From: an uncultured Chloroflexia bacterium
GTDB lineage: Bacteria; Chloroflexota; Anaerolineae; Anaerolineales; E44-bin32
NCBI GenBank assembly: GCA_963710255.1
Contig: CAVPZJ010000005.1
Coordinates: forward strand, 265,439 to 329,438
Reading direction: 5' to 3'
DNA: 64,000 nucleotides
Numbering within the stretch: the stretch's first letter is position 1; every line of letters starts with the position of its first letter. Of this stretch, positions 21,805-32,341 are shown piece by piece. The notes beneath the pieces were generated by a model. That model saw only the letters and a program-made list of their open reading frames with translations. It made no database searches and was not told where the DNA came from. The position numbers and the translations under genes were made by a program.

Positions 21805-22605
21805 CTACGGTGTCACATTTTCGGAGTTGTTTTCTGACAGACCCCAGAGCATGTAGTCATCGAACTGAACGGTAGTTTGGCCACCCTGGCGGGTCCGGAT
21901 GTACAAGCCTGAACCGCCACTGGTCAGCAAGCCATCGCTCACGCGGGCAATCTCACTCCCATTGACGTAGAGGGTGAAGTCCTTTCCACGCATGCGGACT
22001 GCGAGCACGTTATCGATCAGCAGCCCGGGGAAAACCGAGTCGGGCTGGGGGTCGGTAAAAATGACAAACTCTCCCTCGGTCGTAATGCGCGAGAGACGAG
22101 CGGCGCCCTGGCAGTTCAATGTGAAGCGGTAATACTCGCCGAGTGGGTTGGTGCGAAAAATGAGGCCATATTCGTCATCAGGCGAGCAGAGGATCGGACG
22201 GGCCGAAACCTGCAGGTAGGCGTCCGCTGTGATTGCAGCCGGGCTGAAGCCCAGGATCTGGGAGAAAGGTTGACGCGCGGACAGGCTGTAGGCACCCTCC
22301 AGCAAGCCTGCGCCCCCCGAGCCAAATATTTGTGGTTCCCAGCCGAGATCGCGCTCAAAGCCGTCTTCATAGATGACCTCCCCCAATCCCGAGAGCGGGT
22401 CGGCGGTGGGCGAGGGGGACGGCAGGGGGGTGAGGGTTGTGGTGGGGATCAAGGTCGGAAAGGGAAAGGTCGGGGTGCGGGTGGCAGGCAAAAGGGTAGG
22501 CGTTGGTGCGGGCTGGGTGGAGAGCGGGATGCACCCCGAGAGGAACAAGGCAATCGCGGTCAAAATCCGGCGCCGGTAAGGATGGCGTGCCCAGGCAGTC
22601 ATCAT
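21805..22605 (-). CDS. Secreted lipoprotein, Pro/Thr linker plus ~190-aa lectin/glucanase-like (LamG/DUF1080-like) domain, paralog 1
   Basis: Lipobox LSGC, PT-rich linker. C-terminal domain ends ...TVQFDDYMLW. Confidence 0.5.
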   Translation of the reverse strand: MMTAWARHPYRRRILTAIALFLSGCIPLSTQPAPTPTLLPATRTPTFPFPTLIPTTTLTPLPSPSPTADPLSGLGEVIYEDGFERDLGWEPQIFGSGGAGLLEGAYSLSARQPFSQILGFSPAAITADAYLQVSARPILCSPDDEYGLIFRTNPLGEYYRFTLNCQGAARLSRITTEGEFVIFTDPQPDSVFPGLLIDNVLAVRMRGKDFTLYVNGSEIARVSDGLLTSGGSGLYIRTRQGGQTTVQFDDYMLWGLSENNSENVTP

Positions 22606-22720
22606 GCGTCAGGCTCCGCAGGCAGGGAGGGAGACATGAGCTGTGGGCGCGCTGGCTGAAGGCATGGATTGAGGATACATCAAAGTACAGTTCAAGGGTA
22701 TATTGCGCGGTGGGCGTGAG

Positions 22721-23548
22721 TTACGGCGTCACATACCAGAGCTTGAAATCGTCAAATGTGACCGTCAGGCCGGGCGTGTTGGCGGCATTGGCGTACAAGC
22801 CATAGTTACCGCTGGCGAAACTCGAATCCTGGACCTGGGCCAGCAAATCCCCGTTCGCGAAGGCAGTAAGGGTATTTCCCTCCGCGAGCAACCCCATGAC
22901 GTTGGTGGCTTCTGAACCGGAGCGGATCGATCCGCTCGGTGTCCAATCCTGGAGCGCGATGAGAACTCCGCCAAACAGCTTCCGCAGCCGGAAAGCCCCG
23001 TCGCAGGAAAACTCGAGCATGTAGCCCGCGCTGCGCTGGCTGGGTTCAACCCGGATGGCCAGGCCGTATGCGTCTTTGCCGGAACAGTCCCCGATCTCAC
23101 CTGTCACCTCAACATACAGGTTCCCCGTTTCGATGTCGGCGATGGTCGTGCTCCACCAGAGGAACGTATCTGCCAGGTAGTCAGTTGCCCTGAGCTGGCC
23201 GTCATCCCACAGGTTGGAAGCCCCCTCAAAGTTCGGGCCGACCCAGGTCAGGTTTGAACTGAAGTCGTCGTAGTAATTCGGTGCGGCCAGGTTTAACCCG
23301 AAGCGTGGATCATCCGGGTCAAGTTCCGGCGCCGGCGGAGCCGTGGTTGGCCCTGGGGTGTCCGTCTGGGTCGGCGTGAGGCTGGGGGTGATGATCGGCG
23401 TCGCGCTCGGGGGCCGGGTTGCGCTCGGGAGTTGGATCAGCGGCGGCGCCTGGGTTGCGGGAGGCGGCGCCGCCACTGGAGCCTGGCGCGTGCAGCCGAG
23501 CAACACGCTCATGCCTAAACATAACCCGACCCACCGCGCAAATCTCAT
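22721..23548 (-). CDS. Secreted lipoprotein, same architecture, paralog 2
   Basis: Lipobox LLGC, PT linker. The domain has CSGKDAYGLAIRV...FSCDGAFRL...TVTFDDFKLW. Confidence 0.5.
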   Translation of the reverse strand: MRFARWVGLCLGMSVLLGCTRQAPVAAPPPATQAPPLIQLPSATRPPSATPIITPSLTPTQTDTPGPTTAPPAPELDPDDPRFGLNLAAPNYYDDFSSNLTWVGPNFEGASNLWDDGQLRATDYLADTFLWWSTTIADIETGNLYVEVTGEIGDCSGKDAYGLAIRVEPSQRSAGYMLEFSCDGAFRLRKLFGGVLIALQDWTPSGSIRSGSEATNVMGLLAEGNTLTAFANGDLLAQVQDSSFASGNYGLYANAANTPGLTVTFDDFKLWYVTP

Positions 23549-24471
23549 GGGATGAAGGGGATATGCCAGAAGGCAAAGTCGTCGAAGCTGGCGGTCAGGG
23601 GGTAGGTGACCTGGGCCCGGACGTAGGCTGCGAAGAAGCCGTATGAATACGGCATTCCGTTGTCAAAGAAATCCGAGATGAGCTCATTGTTGATGAACAG
23701 GTAGAACTTGCCGTCATATCCCCAGACCCCGATGCGGTTGGTCGCGCCGAGGCCCTGGTTGATGGCATCCGAGGCCGTCCAATCAATCAAGGTAGCGGTC
23801 GGCCGGCCGGCTTCACGGAAGCGGATGAAGCGGTAGGCGCCGTCGCATGACAGCTCTACCGCATAGCCGCTGGGTGTCACATCTGCCTGGACGCGCAGCA
23901 CGAGTCCGACCGCATCGCGGGCAGCGCAGTCCCCGTTGGTCACGCTCATCTCAACGTAAACCCGGCCAGATTGGGCGGAGGTATAGGACCAGTACAAGCC
24001 GGTATCCACCGCGTCGAGATCGGTGCCGATCAGCTTGCCATCCTCGATTTTGTATTCGGCCTTGCCGTTCGATTGGTCCGCCCCATACGTGTACCAGGTC
24101 TTGGGATTGTTGAAGAAATCGGTGTAGTCGGGGTTGGCAAGATTGAGGATGATGCGCGGGTCATCGCTGGCAACAGAGAAAGGCGTCGGCGTCGGTTCGA
24201 GCTCGAGCCGCTGGACAGCGGAGGTAGGAGACGCCTCCGGCTCGACTGCTGCCGGTTCCACGACGGTGGCGTCTGCCGGCGGGAACGTGGGCGCCGCTGG
24301 CGCTTCGGTTGCCGGGGCTTCCTGGCCAGCTGGAGTCTCTTCGGCTGGGCTGGCCGCCCTGCCTCCGAGCTGGGTTACGGCGATGAAGATGATGGCAAGG
24401 ACGAGAAGAACGCTGACGGCGATCAACAATATCCGTTCGATGCTCATCGGCTTATTGGTCGGGGTTGTCAT
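23545..24471 (-). CDS. Membrane-anchored protein, same architecture, paralog 3
   Basis: N-terminal TM anchor, A/E/P-rich linker. The domain has CAARDAVGLVLRV...LSCDGAYRF...TASFDDFAFW. Its stop overlaps the start of paralog 2. Confidence 0.5.
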   Translation of the reverse strand: MTTPTNKPMSIERILLIAVSVLLVLAIIFIAVTQLGGRAASPAEETPAGQEAPATEAPAAPTFPPADATVVEPAAVEPEASPTSAVQRLELEPTPTPFSVASDDPRIILNLANPDYTDFFNNPKTWYTYGADQSNGKAEYKIEDGKLIGTDLDAVDTGLYWSYTSAQSGRVYVEMSVTNGDCAARDAVGLVLRVQADVTPSGYAVELSCDGAYRFIRFREAGRPTATLIDWTASDAINQGLGATNRIGVWGYDGKFYLFINNELISDFFDNGMPYSYGFFAAYVRAQVTYPLTASFDDFAFWHIPFIP

Positions 24472-24480
24472 GGTTCCTCC

Positions 24481-25521
24481 TTAAGGGGTGAGCATGACTT
24501 TGCCTGAGGTCCCGGATGACATGGTTTCAAAGGCTTTGTCAAACTCCTCCATCTTGAAGTGGTGGGTTACAAGTGGGGTAAGATCCACCGCTCCAGATCG
24601 AATCAAGCCACGTGACTGGTACCAGGTCTGCCAGAGCCGGCGGCCGCTGATGCCGAGCACCTTGGCAGCTTTGAAGACGATGTGATGGTTCCAGTCGAAT
24701 TTGAATGGGCCAGGCGCGACCCCGAGCAGGGCCGCATCCCCGCCTGGTTTGAGCAATGAAAAACCTTGATCGATCGCCGAGGGGGCGCCGGACATCTCCA
24801 GCAGGACATCAACCCCCTCGCCATCGGTCGCCTCGCGGATGAGCTCAATCACCGGATCGTCAACGGCATGCAGGGCCAGGTCGGCCCCCATGCGCCGGGC
24901 GAAGTCGACACGGTATGGACTGACATCGGTGGCATAAACTGCCCGGGCTCCGATCGCCCGGGCGACGGCAATCGTCATCAAGCCAACCGGTCCGCAGCCC
25001 GTCACCAGCACCTTCTTCGCTCGCAGGTCCACTGCGAAGGCGGTGTGCACCGCGTTCCCGAAGTTCTCCTGCAGGACGGCGATCTCAACCGGGAGGTCGG
25101 GTGGATTGGGCCAGGCGTTCTGGGCGTCGATGGCGATGTACTCTGCGAACCCGCCGTCTCGATCCACCCCGATCAGACGCGTGTTTTCACAAATATGTCC
25201 CAGCCCGGTGCGGCAGAAGGCGCAGGTGTTGCAGATGACATGCGACTCGAGCGAGACAAAATCACCCACTTCGGGGGTTTTCACCGACGAACCGCGCTCG
25301 ACAACTTCTCCGCAGACCTCATGGCCGACGATGACCGGAGGCCGCACCCGGCTCGCAGACCATGCATCCCAGTTATAGATATGCAAATCCGTCCCACATA
25401 TCGATGCGGCACGGACCTTGATCAGAACTTCATCGGGTTGTACGGTGGGGATGGGCACCTCACGCATCTCCAGGCCGGGGCCGGCATGGCCCTTGACTAC
25501 CGCTCTCATCGTGTCTGCCAT
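24481..25521 (-). CDS. tdh: L-threonine 3-dehydrogenase (zinc ADH family)
   Basis: ICGTDLHIYNWDAWS...VGHEVCGEVV, NAD-binding VTGCGPVGL. Start chosen at MADTMRAVVK after GGAGGG. The longer ORF-track start is unlikely. Confidence 0.85.
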   Translation of the reverse strand: MADTMRAVVKGHAGPGLEMREVPIPTVQPDEVLIKVRAASICGTDLHIYNWDAWSASRVRPPVIVGHEVCGEVVERGSSVKTPEVGDFVSLESHVICNTCAFCRTGLGHICENTRLIGVDRDGGFAEYIAIDAQNAWPNPPDLPVEIAVLQENFGNAVHTAFAVDLRAKKVLVTGCGPVGLMTIAVARAIGARAVYATDVSPYRVDFARRMGADLALHAVDDPVIELIREATDGEGVDVLLEMSGAPSAIDQGFSLLKPGGDAALLGVAPGPFKFDWNHHIVFKAAKVLGISGRRLWQTWYQSRGLIRSGAVDLTPLVTHHFKMEEFDKAFETMSSGTSGKVMLTP

Positions 25522-25642
25522 GTACCTCGTTCCCTCCGGCAGGGTTCGGACCGCCTGGAGTATAGCACGATCAACCTCCCCCAGATTAGGCGAGGATATA
25601 ATCATCCCGGCATAGCGCATTCGTACTAGCAGGGAGGTTTTC

Positions 25643-26609
25643 ATGGAGTACAGGAGAATGGGACAGTCTGGGTCTGAAGATCAGCGCACTGTCTTTTGGT
25701 TCATGGGTGACCTTTGGGGATCAGATTGACCGGGAGGTGGCACGAACGCTGATGATCGCAGCCTATGAGGCTGGCATCAACTATTTCGATAATGCAGATA
25801 TTTACGCCAACGGGAAATCCGAGGCGGTCATGGGCGAAATCGTGAAGGATTTCCCCCGTGAAGCGCTTGTCCTCTCGAGCAAGGTCTACTGGCAAACGAT
25901 GCCCGGACCCAATGGGCGCGGACTCTCACGCAAGCACATCATGGAGTCCTGCCACGCCAGCCTACGGCGGATGCAGGTCGATTATCTAGACCTCTACTTT
26001 TGCCACCGCTATGACGACGAGACCCCGCTGGAGGAGGTCGTGCGGGCGATGGAAGACCTCATCCGCCAGGGCAAAGTTCTCTACTGGGGGACGTCGGAGT
26101 GGAGCGCAGACCAGCTCCGCCAGGCATATGCAAGCGCGTCGGCTGTTCAGGGATACCCGCCGGCCGTTGAGCAGCCGCAGTACAACATGTTTGTCCGGCG
26201 GAAGTTGGAGCAAGAACTGGCTCCTGCCTCCGATGAATTAGGTTTCGGCATGGTGACCTGGAGCCCTTTGAAATATGGGCTCTTGAGCGGGAAATACAAT
26301 GAGGGCATGCCAGGTGAAGAGACACGCTTGACGCGAGAACCCGAGTGGGGGGAGAAGGTCCTGAGCCCGGACCGGCTGAAGGCTGTGCGCGAGCTGACCG
26401 AGATCGCGGTCGAGATCGAGGCGTCGATGGCCCAGTTGGCGATCGCCTGGCTGCTGCGGTTGCCTCAGGTCAGCAGCGTCATCACGGGTGCGACGAAGCC
26501 CGGACACCTGGTGGACAACCTGGGCGCGCTCGATGTGGTGAAGCGTCTGACCAATCCGGTGTTGGAACGCATCGAGGCTGTGCTCAATGCTGTGCCCGAA
26601 ACATCCTAA
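25643..26609 (+). CDS. Aldo/keto reductase (Kv-beta-like), one frame break near the 5' end
   Basis: RBS AGGGAGG, ATG at 25643 (MEYRRMGQSG). Removing one G of GGG 25670-25672 gives ...LKISALSFGSWVTFGDQ, continuous with ORF 25707-26609. Confidence 0.8.
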
Positions 26610-26691
26610 TCGGGCAGGCTCGCGTCGCACCTGGCAGACAAGATCCAAGCCTCTTCAAGCTCTGCCAATTCAACATCATAAAAGCCGCTGC

Positions 26692-27678
26692 TCACCAACC
26701 CAACTCGGTCTCGAGCTCCAAGCCTACCGGATCGTCGAAGTCGATGCGGGCTGCAAAGCTGCGCCCGATCGATTCGAGCAGCTCCACCGCCCACACAGCA
26801 TCCAGGCCGATCGCGCTTACATCCACACCCGACGGGATCTCGACCCCCAGCAGCTGCATGACGTCTGGGGCCAGATCGAGCTGGTAGCGGCGAAAGTCGA
26901 GCTCGCCGCTTAGGTCGTATTCTCGCCGGGTAACGTAGGTTTGCCAATCCGCGGCGTCCTCCAGGATTTCGTCCAAACTCCAGCGCGCCCACTGGAGCAG
27001 ATTGGCCTTGTCGGCATCGATCCGGTGGGGGTGACGGCCGGTGCCGAAGGAGAGCAAGCGCGTCTCTCCTGGCAGGAATTCACCATCGGTGTAATGCAGC
27101 GCTTCGACCGCGGCATGGTATGCGGGGTTTCCAGCTACGCCGACTCCGCCGTCGACCCACACATGCGGCTGCCCGAGGACCACGGCATGGTGGGCAGGGA
27201 AGTAGGTCGGTGCGGCGATGCTGGCGAGAACCGCGTCCTTGAGCGGCATCGTTCCCCAGAGGGAGGCGTTGCCCGGCCCATCCTGGACGAAGAAGTCAGT
27301 GCGGCTGGTGCGGGTGTTCTTGGCTGTAATCAGGACCTTCAGCGGCAGATCGTTGAGTGGAGCGTCGGCGCCAATCGCTTCGAGCGTGGCGCGGATGAAG
27401 GCATTGCTGTAACGGTGGTTGCCCAGGTTAGCCAGCAACTGCCACCAGGGAAGTTTCTTGAAGGCCTGGCGCGCCAGGTCTTTATACAGCGCGAGCAAGC
27501 CGCGCGCGGTGAGGCCGAGCGCCAGGCCAGCGGCGATGATGGACCCGGTCGACGTGCCGGCCACCATGTCGAACAGCTCCGGCGCCGACTTCCCCTCACG
27601 CCGCTCAAGCTGGACAAGGCAGGCGAGCGGGATGATGCCGCGGATGCCGCCTCCATCGATCGAAAGGATCGTCTTCAT
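26692..27678 (-). CDS. Patatin-like phospholipase
   Basis: SIDGGGIRG oxyanion motif, GTSTGS nucleophile elbow, and a later DGGV catalytic Asp motif. Confidence 0.85.
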   Translation of the reverse strand: MKTILSIDGGGIRGIIPLACLVQLERREGKSAPELFDMVAGTSTGSIIAAGLALGLTARGLLALYKDLARQAFKKLPWWQLLANLGNHRYSNAFIRATLEAIGADAPLNDLPLKVLITAKNTRTSRTDFFVQDGPGNASLWGTMPLKDAVLASIAAPTYFPAHHAVVLGQPHVWVDGGVGVAGNPAYHAAVEALHYTDGEFLPGETRLLSFGTGRHPHRIDADKANLLQWARWSLDEILEDAADWQTYVTRREYDLSGELDFRRYQLDLAPDVMQLLGVEIPSGVDVSAIGLDAVWAVELLESIGRSFAARIDFDDPVGLELETELGW

Positions 27679-27724
27679 CTACACCTCCTGCAGACTGCGC
27701 AGGTTATCACGCTTGTTGGAAACC

Positions 27725-28477
27725 TCAGGTGCGGGAATCGTGCCAGACCGTCTCGCTGAACTCAAAGACCGCTGCGAAGGACTCCCCGACGTGCCGAACG
27801 ACCTGCTCCATCTCCGGTGCGGGCTGGAACAGGTCGGCCAGGGAGATCGCAGGGTGATCAACCAGGCCGCAGGCGATGATGCCCTCCCAATATTCCATAT
27901 CCGGGTTCACGTTCAAGGCGAAACCATGGCGGGTGATCCCCTGCGCGTCGACCTTGATGCCGATGGCGGCGATCTTGGAGGCCTGCCGGCGGGCGGAGGG
28001 CGGACAATGGGGGCAGCGTGAGGCGACGTCCGGCTGCACCCAGACCCCGGTTAACCCACCTATCTGTCCGCTGACCAGGCCCATCGCGGCCAGAGCCCGG
28101 ATAAGGCTCTCCTCCAGGCGGCGGATAAAACCCACGTAATCCGCCTGTGGCAGGCGCCCGAGTCTGGATACCGGGCCGAGCGGCAGCAGCGGGTAGCCGA
28201 CCAGTTGGCCAGGTCCGTGGTAGGTCACATCCCCGCCGCGATCGGTCCAGCGCACCTCTACCCCGCGCCGTTCAAGCTCGGCCGCATCCCAGAGCAGGTT
28301 GGCTTCCTGGCCGCGGCGGCCAAAGGAGTAGACGTGGGGGTGCTCCAGGAGCAACAAGGTAGGCGGCCGATTGTCGGCCTGGATCTCCTGCGCGAGTGCT
28401 TCCTGAAGGTCGCGCGCCGCATCAAACCCCGTCAGACCGAGCCGTATAACGTCGAGTCGTGTCCCCCCGGCCTTCAT
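27725..28477 (-). CDS. lipB: Octanoyltransferase LipB
   Basis: LLLEHPHVYSFG, RGGDVTYHGPGQLVGYP, KIAAIGIKV...TRHGFALN motifs. Confidence 0.85.
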   Translation of the reverse strand: MKAGGTRLDVIRLGLTGFDAARDLQEALAQEIQADNRPPTLLLLEHPHVYSFGRRGQEANLLWDAAELERRGVEVRWTDRGGDVTYHGPGQLVGYPLLPLGPVSRLGRLPQADYVGFIRRLEESLIRALAAMGLVSGQIGGLTGVWVQPDVASRCPHCPPSARRQASKIAAIGIKVDAQGITRHGFALNVNPDMEYWEGIIACGLVDHPAISLADLFQPAPEMEQVVRHVGESFAAVFEFSETVWHDSRT

Positions 28478-29335
28478 GGGGCACTTCCCTTGGCCAGCGG
28501 GAGTGGGCGAAGTTCAGGTTGCCGCCGCGCATAGACGGCATACTCCGTGAAACCAGCGTGGCGCATCTCGTACACAGCTTGCTGCCAGCCTGCGCCTACG
28601 TCACCCGCCCTGTGGGCATCGGACCCGAAGGTCACGAGCCGGCCGCCTTCCTCGCGGAACCAGCGCAGCAGGACACGGTCAGGCGAAGGTTCGGCAACAG
28701 GCCGGCGCAGCGTGCTCGTGTTCACCTCCAGGGCGCGCCCAGACCGGGCAAGCGCAGCCAGGACAGCCCGCAGCTCGGGTTCGAATGGGCGTGGATCGAA
28801 GGTACCGTAGCTGTCGAACCCATAGCGCTTGACGATGTCCATGTGGGCCAGGATGTCGAACTCATCCTGCCGCAACCAACTTGAGCAGCTCGCTGAAGTA
28901 GGTGCGGTATGCGAACTCGGCCGGCTGCTCGAAGTACTGCGGCGTGAAGACGGTCATGTCTCCGATCCAGTGCAGCGAACCGAGGACATAATCCCATGGG
29001 TACCTTCCCAGGAGCGATGTGGCCTCGGCCTGGAAGAGGTGGGGTTCGCCAAATTCGAGACCGGCGCGAATCGTGAGTGATGCGCCGAATAAGTCGCGGC
29101 AAGCTTCGATCGCCGTCCACCATGCCTGCGGTTCGAAAAAGCCTGAGCATTCGTCCAGAGGATGGTGATCGCAGTGATCGCTGATGCCGATCTCAAGCAG
29201 CCCCAGCTCCATTGCTCGCCGGCATATGCTCTCGACGCTTTCGTCGGCGTCACAGGAAAAGTTGGAATGGAGGTGATAATCTGGCAGCACCGGCCCTGCT
29301 CCTTGACGCCAGCGGTCCACAGCCCCGGGGGGCAC
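28474..29335 (-). CDS. PHP-family histidinol-phosphatase-like protein, one frame break
   Basis: DYHLHSNFSCD, ISDHCD, GSLHWI in ORF 28862-29335. HMDIVKRYG and FGSDAH in ORF 28474-28875. They join near 28870. Confidence 0.7.
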
Positions 29336-29380
29336 GCCTCTTGCAAGATTATAGTACTCCGGATAAGTTAGAATCAGCCC

Positions 29381-32284
29381 ATGCCTGGAACGCTCCAGAT
29401 CCTGCGATCACGACAGCAACGAGCCAAGCGCCACGCTGGCAGTCACCGCCTGCGCACCCTGGCGCATGTCCTGGCAGCCTTGTTCAGCTTTGTGGCCGGC
29501 ATGGCCGTGCTCGGCCTGGCGCTCACATTTTCCAACCTGGCCACGTCCCTGCCCCCCGTCCAGGACCTGGAGGGGGTTTTCGGTCCCTCCGGCCGGGAGA
29601 CCTTTCGACCGGCTCGATTTTACGACCGGGATGAAGAGCACCTGCTGTTCGAGTACTTGAACCCGGCTGCCGCCGATAGGCGCTGGATCTATCTCGATCC
29701 GACCGGGCCGATAGACCTGCCGCCCTATGCGCTGCAAGCCATGCTCATCGCCCAGGACGAAGGTTTCTGGAGCCACCCGGGCTATCTTCCAACCCAGGCC
29801 CTGTCGGCCATATCGGGTTACCTGCTGGGCACGCCGATCGATTGGAGCAGTCTGACGATCACTGAACAGCTGGCGCAAGCACAGCTTGCCCCGCTGGACG
29901 TCGAAGGCGGGAACCCCGGTGCGGTACGAGTTCAAGTGCTCCTGCTGGCGTCCGAAATCACACGCAGGTACCCACGCCAACAGATCCTCGAGTGGTACCT
30001 GAACAGCGCCGACTTTGGCCAGCGCGCGTACGGCATCGATGCGGCGGCTCTGACCTACTTCGGCAAGCACGCCAGCGACCTTTCGCTTGCTGAGAGCGCC
30101 CTGCTTGCGTCCATCCCGGGCAGCCCGCAGGCCAACCCGGTCGATGCACCAGAGGTCGCCACCCAAAACAAGCTGGGTGTCCTGCGAACCATGCTGCTGG
30201 CAGGTTTAATCAGCGAAAAAGAAGCCGACCAGGCGGGTGCGGCGCAGATAACGCTCGCTACCCAGGCACAGCTGCTGGGAAACCTGGCGGGGTTCGAAAC
30301 CTATCTCACGCAGCGCATCGAACGCAGCTTCGGCCGTCCCCTGCTCGGGCGGAGCGGGCTGCGCATCCGCACCTCGCTCGACTGGGATCTGCACCAGCAA
30401 GCCGCATGCACGCTTGAATCGCAGATCAACCGGCTTAATGGTGGTGAACCTGGAGCGGTCCTGCCCCCGCAAGACGGTTCGAACTGCCTGGCTGCCGGCC
30501 TGCTGACACCGGTCCGACCGAGGGATGCGGGCGTGGATCACGCTATCGAAGCCGGCGCCGTTGTCATCACCAAGCCGGATACGGGCGAACTGCTCAGCTT
30601 CTTGGGCCAGGTAAGTTCGCCGGCTCCGGTCGCCGGACTAACTTCGCCCTTCACGGCTCTTACCGCTTTCGCCCAGGGCTACAGCCCGGCGAGCATGCTG
30701 CTTGATGTATCCCCAATCGAGGCTGGGTCTAGCAGCCCGGGACCGGCATATCAGGATCATGGTCCGGTGCGCCTGCGGCTTGCGCTGGCCAACCAATACC
30801 AGGCTGCGCTCGAGCGTTTGGTCGACCAGGTTGGTGTGGAAAGCGTTCAGCGGACGCTTGCATCCTTCGGTTTCAAGGACGAACCCAAAGAGCTTCAGAC
30901 AGAAGATAACCGGCAGATGGATACATACCTGCTTGATCTAGCGAACGCATACGGCGTGTTCGCGAACGAAGGCACGCTGCGCGGCATATCTGTGCGAGAC
31001 GTGTCACCCGGAGGACACCTGGAACCGGTTGTGGTCCTGATGATCGAAGATGGCGCCCGGCGCTTGATTTACCAGGCGGATCCTGCTTCGCAGGCACTGG
31101 TGAGCGCGCAGCTCGCCTACCTCATGGTCGATATATTGAGCGACGAAGCGGCACGCTGGCCGAGCGTCGGAAAAGGCAGTCCGCTCGAGGTCGGTAGGAC
31201 CGCAGGCGTGGTGGCCTCGACCTCGCCTGGAGCCGGCCAGGCGTGGACCCTGGGCTTTACACCCGAGATCGTGGTTGGCGTGATGCTCCAGGCGCAGGAC
31301 GAGCTTGGAACGGAGGCCCTGACCGCACTGAATGGACCGGCGCCAGTTTGGCATGCGCTCATCCAGTACGCGACGCGCGATCTGCCACCCTCAGCCTGGA
31401 ATGCCCCGCCCGGGGTAAGCACCCTGGAAGTGTGCGACCCGTCGGGCTTGCTCCCCACGCCCTACTGCCCGTCCGTCGTCCGCGAGGTGTTTTTGAATGG
31501 TACCGAGCCGACGACCGCCGATAACCTGTTCCAGCCATTCCTGGTCAATCGTGAAACGGGCAAGCTGGCCACCCTCGACACGGCGCCCGATCTGGTCGAG
31601 GAGCAGGTCTTCATGGTCGTGCCCCCCGGCGCGGAAGCATGGGCCGAGCAGTCGGGCATCGCCCGCCCGCCGGAGGAGTACGACACGCTGCGGGCAGGCG
31701 AGATCGACCCGGCTGTGAACATCCGCACCCCCGGCCCCTTCACGTTTGTACGAGGCGTGGTTCGCATCACAGGCAGTGCAGAGGCAGAGTCGATGGAACG
31801 GTTCCGGGTCCAGTACGGCCGGGGTCTGAACCCGACCAGCTGGGTGCAGGTCGGCGAGGACGAAACGCGTCCCGTAGGCGGGGGTCAGCTGGCGACCTGG
31901 GACACCTCGGGCTTGAGCGGGCTGTACACGCTCCAACTGGTCGTCGTGGAGGATAGCGGGCGGCTGCGGACGGCCGCCGTGCAGGTCACCGTGGATAATG
32001 AAGCGCCCACGGCCGAAATCACGCTGCCAGGCCCCGGCCAGGTCATCGTCGGCACGGTCGACGACAGCCTCGTGCTCCAGGCGGACGTCGCCGATGACGT
32101 ACGGGGTGGCCCGGGTGGTGTTCTACGTCGACGGCCAGGTGGCTGGGACCTTGACGGATGCACCTTATTCGCTCGTGTGGAGTCTGTCCCGGAGCGGCGA
32201 GCACACGGTGGAAGTCGAGGCGTTTGACCTGGCAGGGAATTCAGGTCGCTGCGCCCGAATCTCGTTTCAGTCATCCGTCCCTGA
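29381..32284 (+). CDS. Class A PBP-like protein (GT51 glycosyltransferase, transpeptidase-like domain, C-terminal Ig-like domains), 3' part frame-broken
   Basis: GT51 motifs QDEGFWSHPG, LTITEQLA, ILEWYLN. The C-terminal part continues in ORF 31998-32372 (GVARVVFYVDGQVAGTL...AFDLAGNS). The probable true stop is TGA 32282-32284, just before a hairpin. Confidence 0.8.
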
Positions 32285-32305
32285 TCAAGCCACTGATAAT
32301 AGAAA

Positions 32306-32330
32306 ACCGCCCTGCACTATTGCGGGCGGT
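32306..32330. terminator. Hairpin between convergent genes
   Basis: ACCGCCC (32306-32312) / GGGCGGT (32324-32330), 11-nt loop, T-rich tail tctgtatctgtt. Confidence 0.5.
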
Positions 32331-32341
32331 TCTGTATCTGT

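Noticed and set aside
26692-27678. Patatin as a CBASS-type effector
   Set aside because: No cyclase, CD-NTase or ancillary defence gene is adjacent; the flanking genes are housekeeping. I kept it only as a low-interest note.
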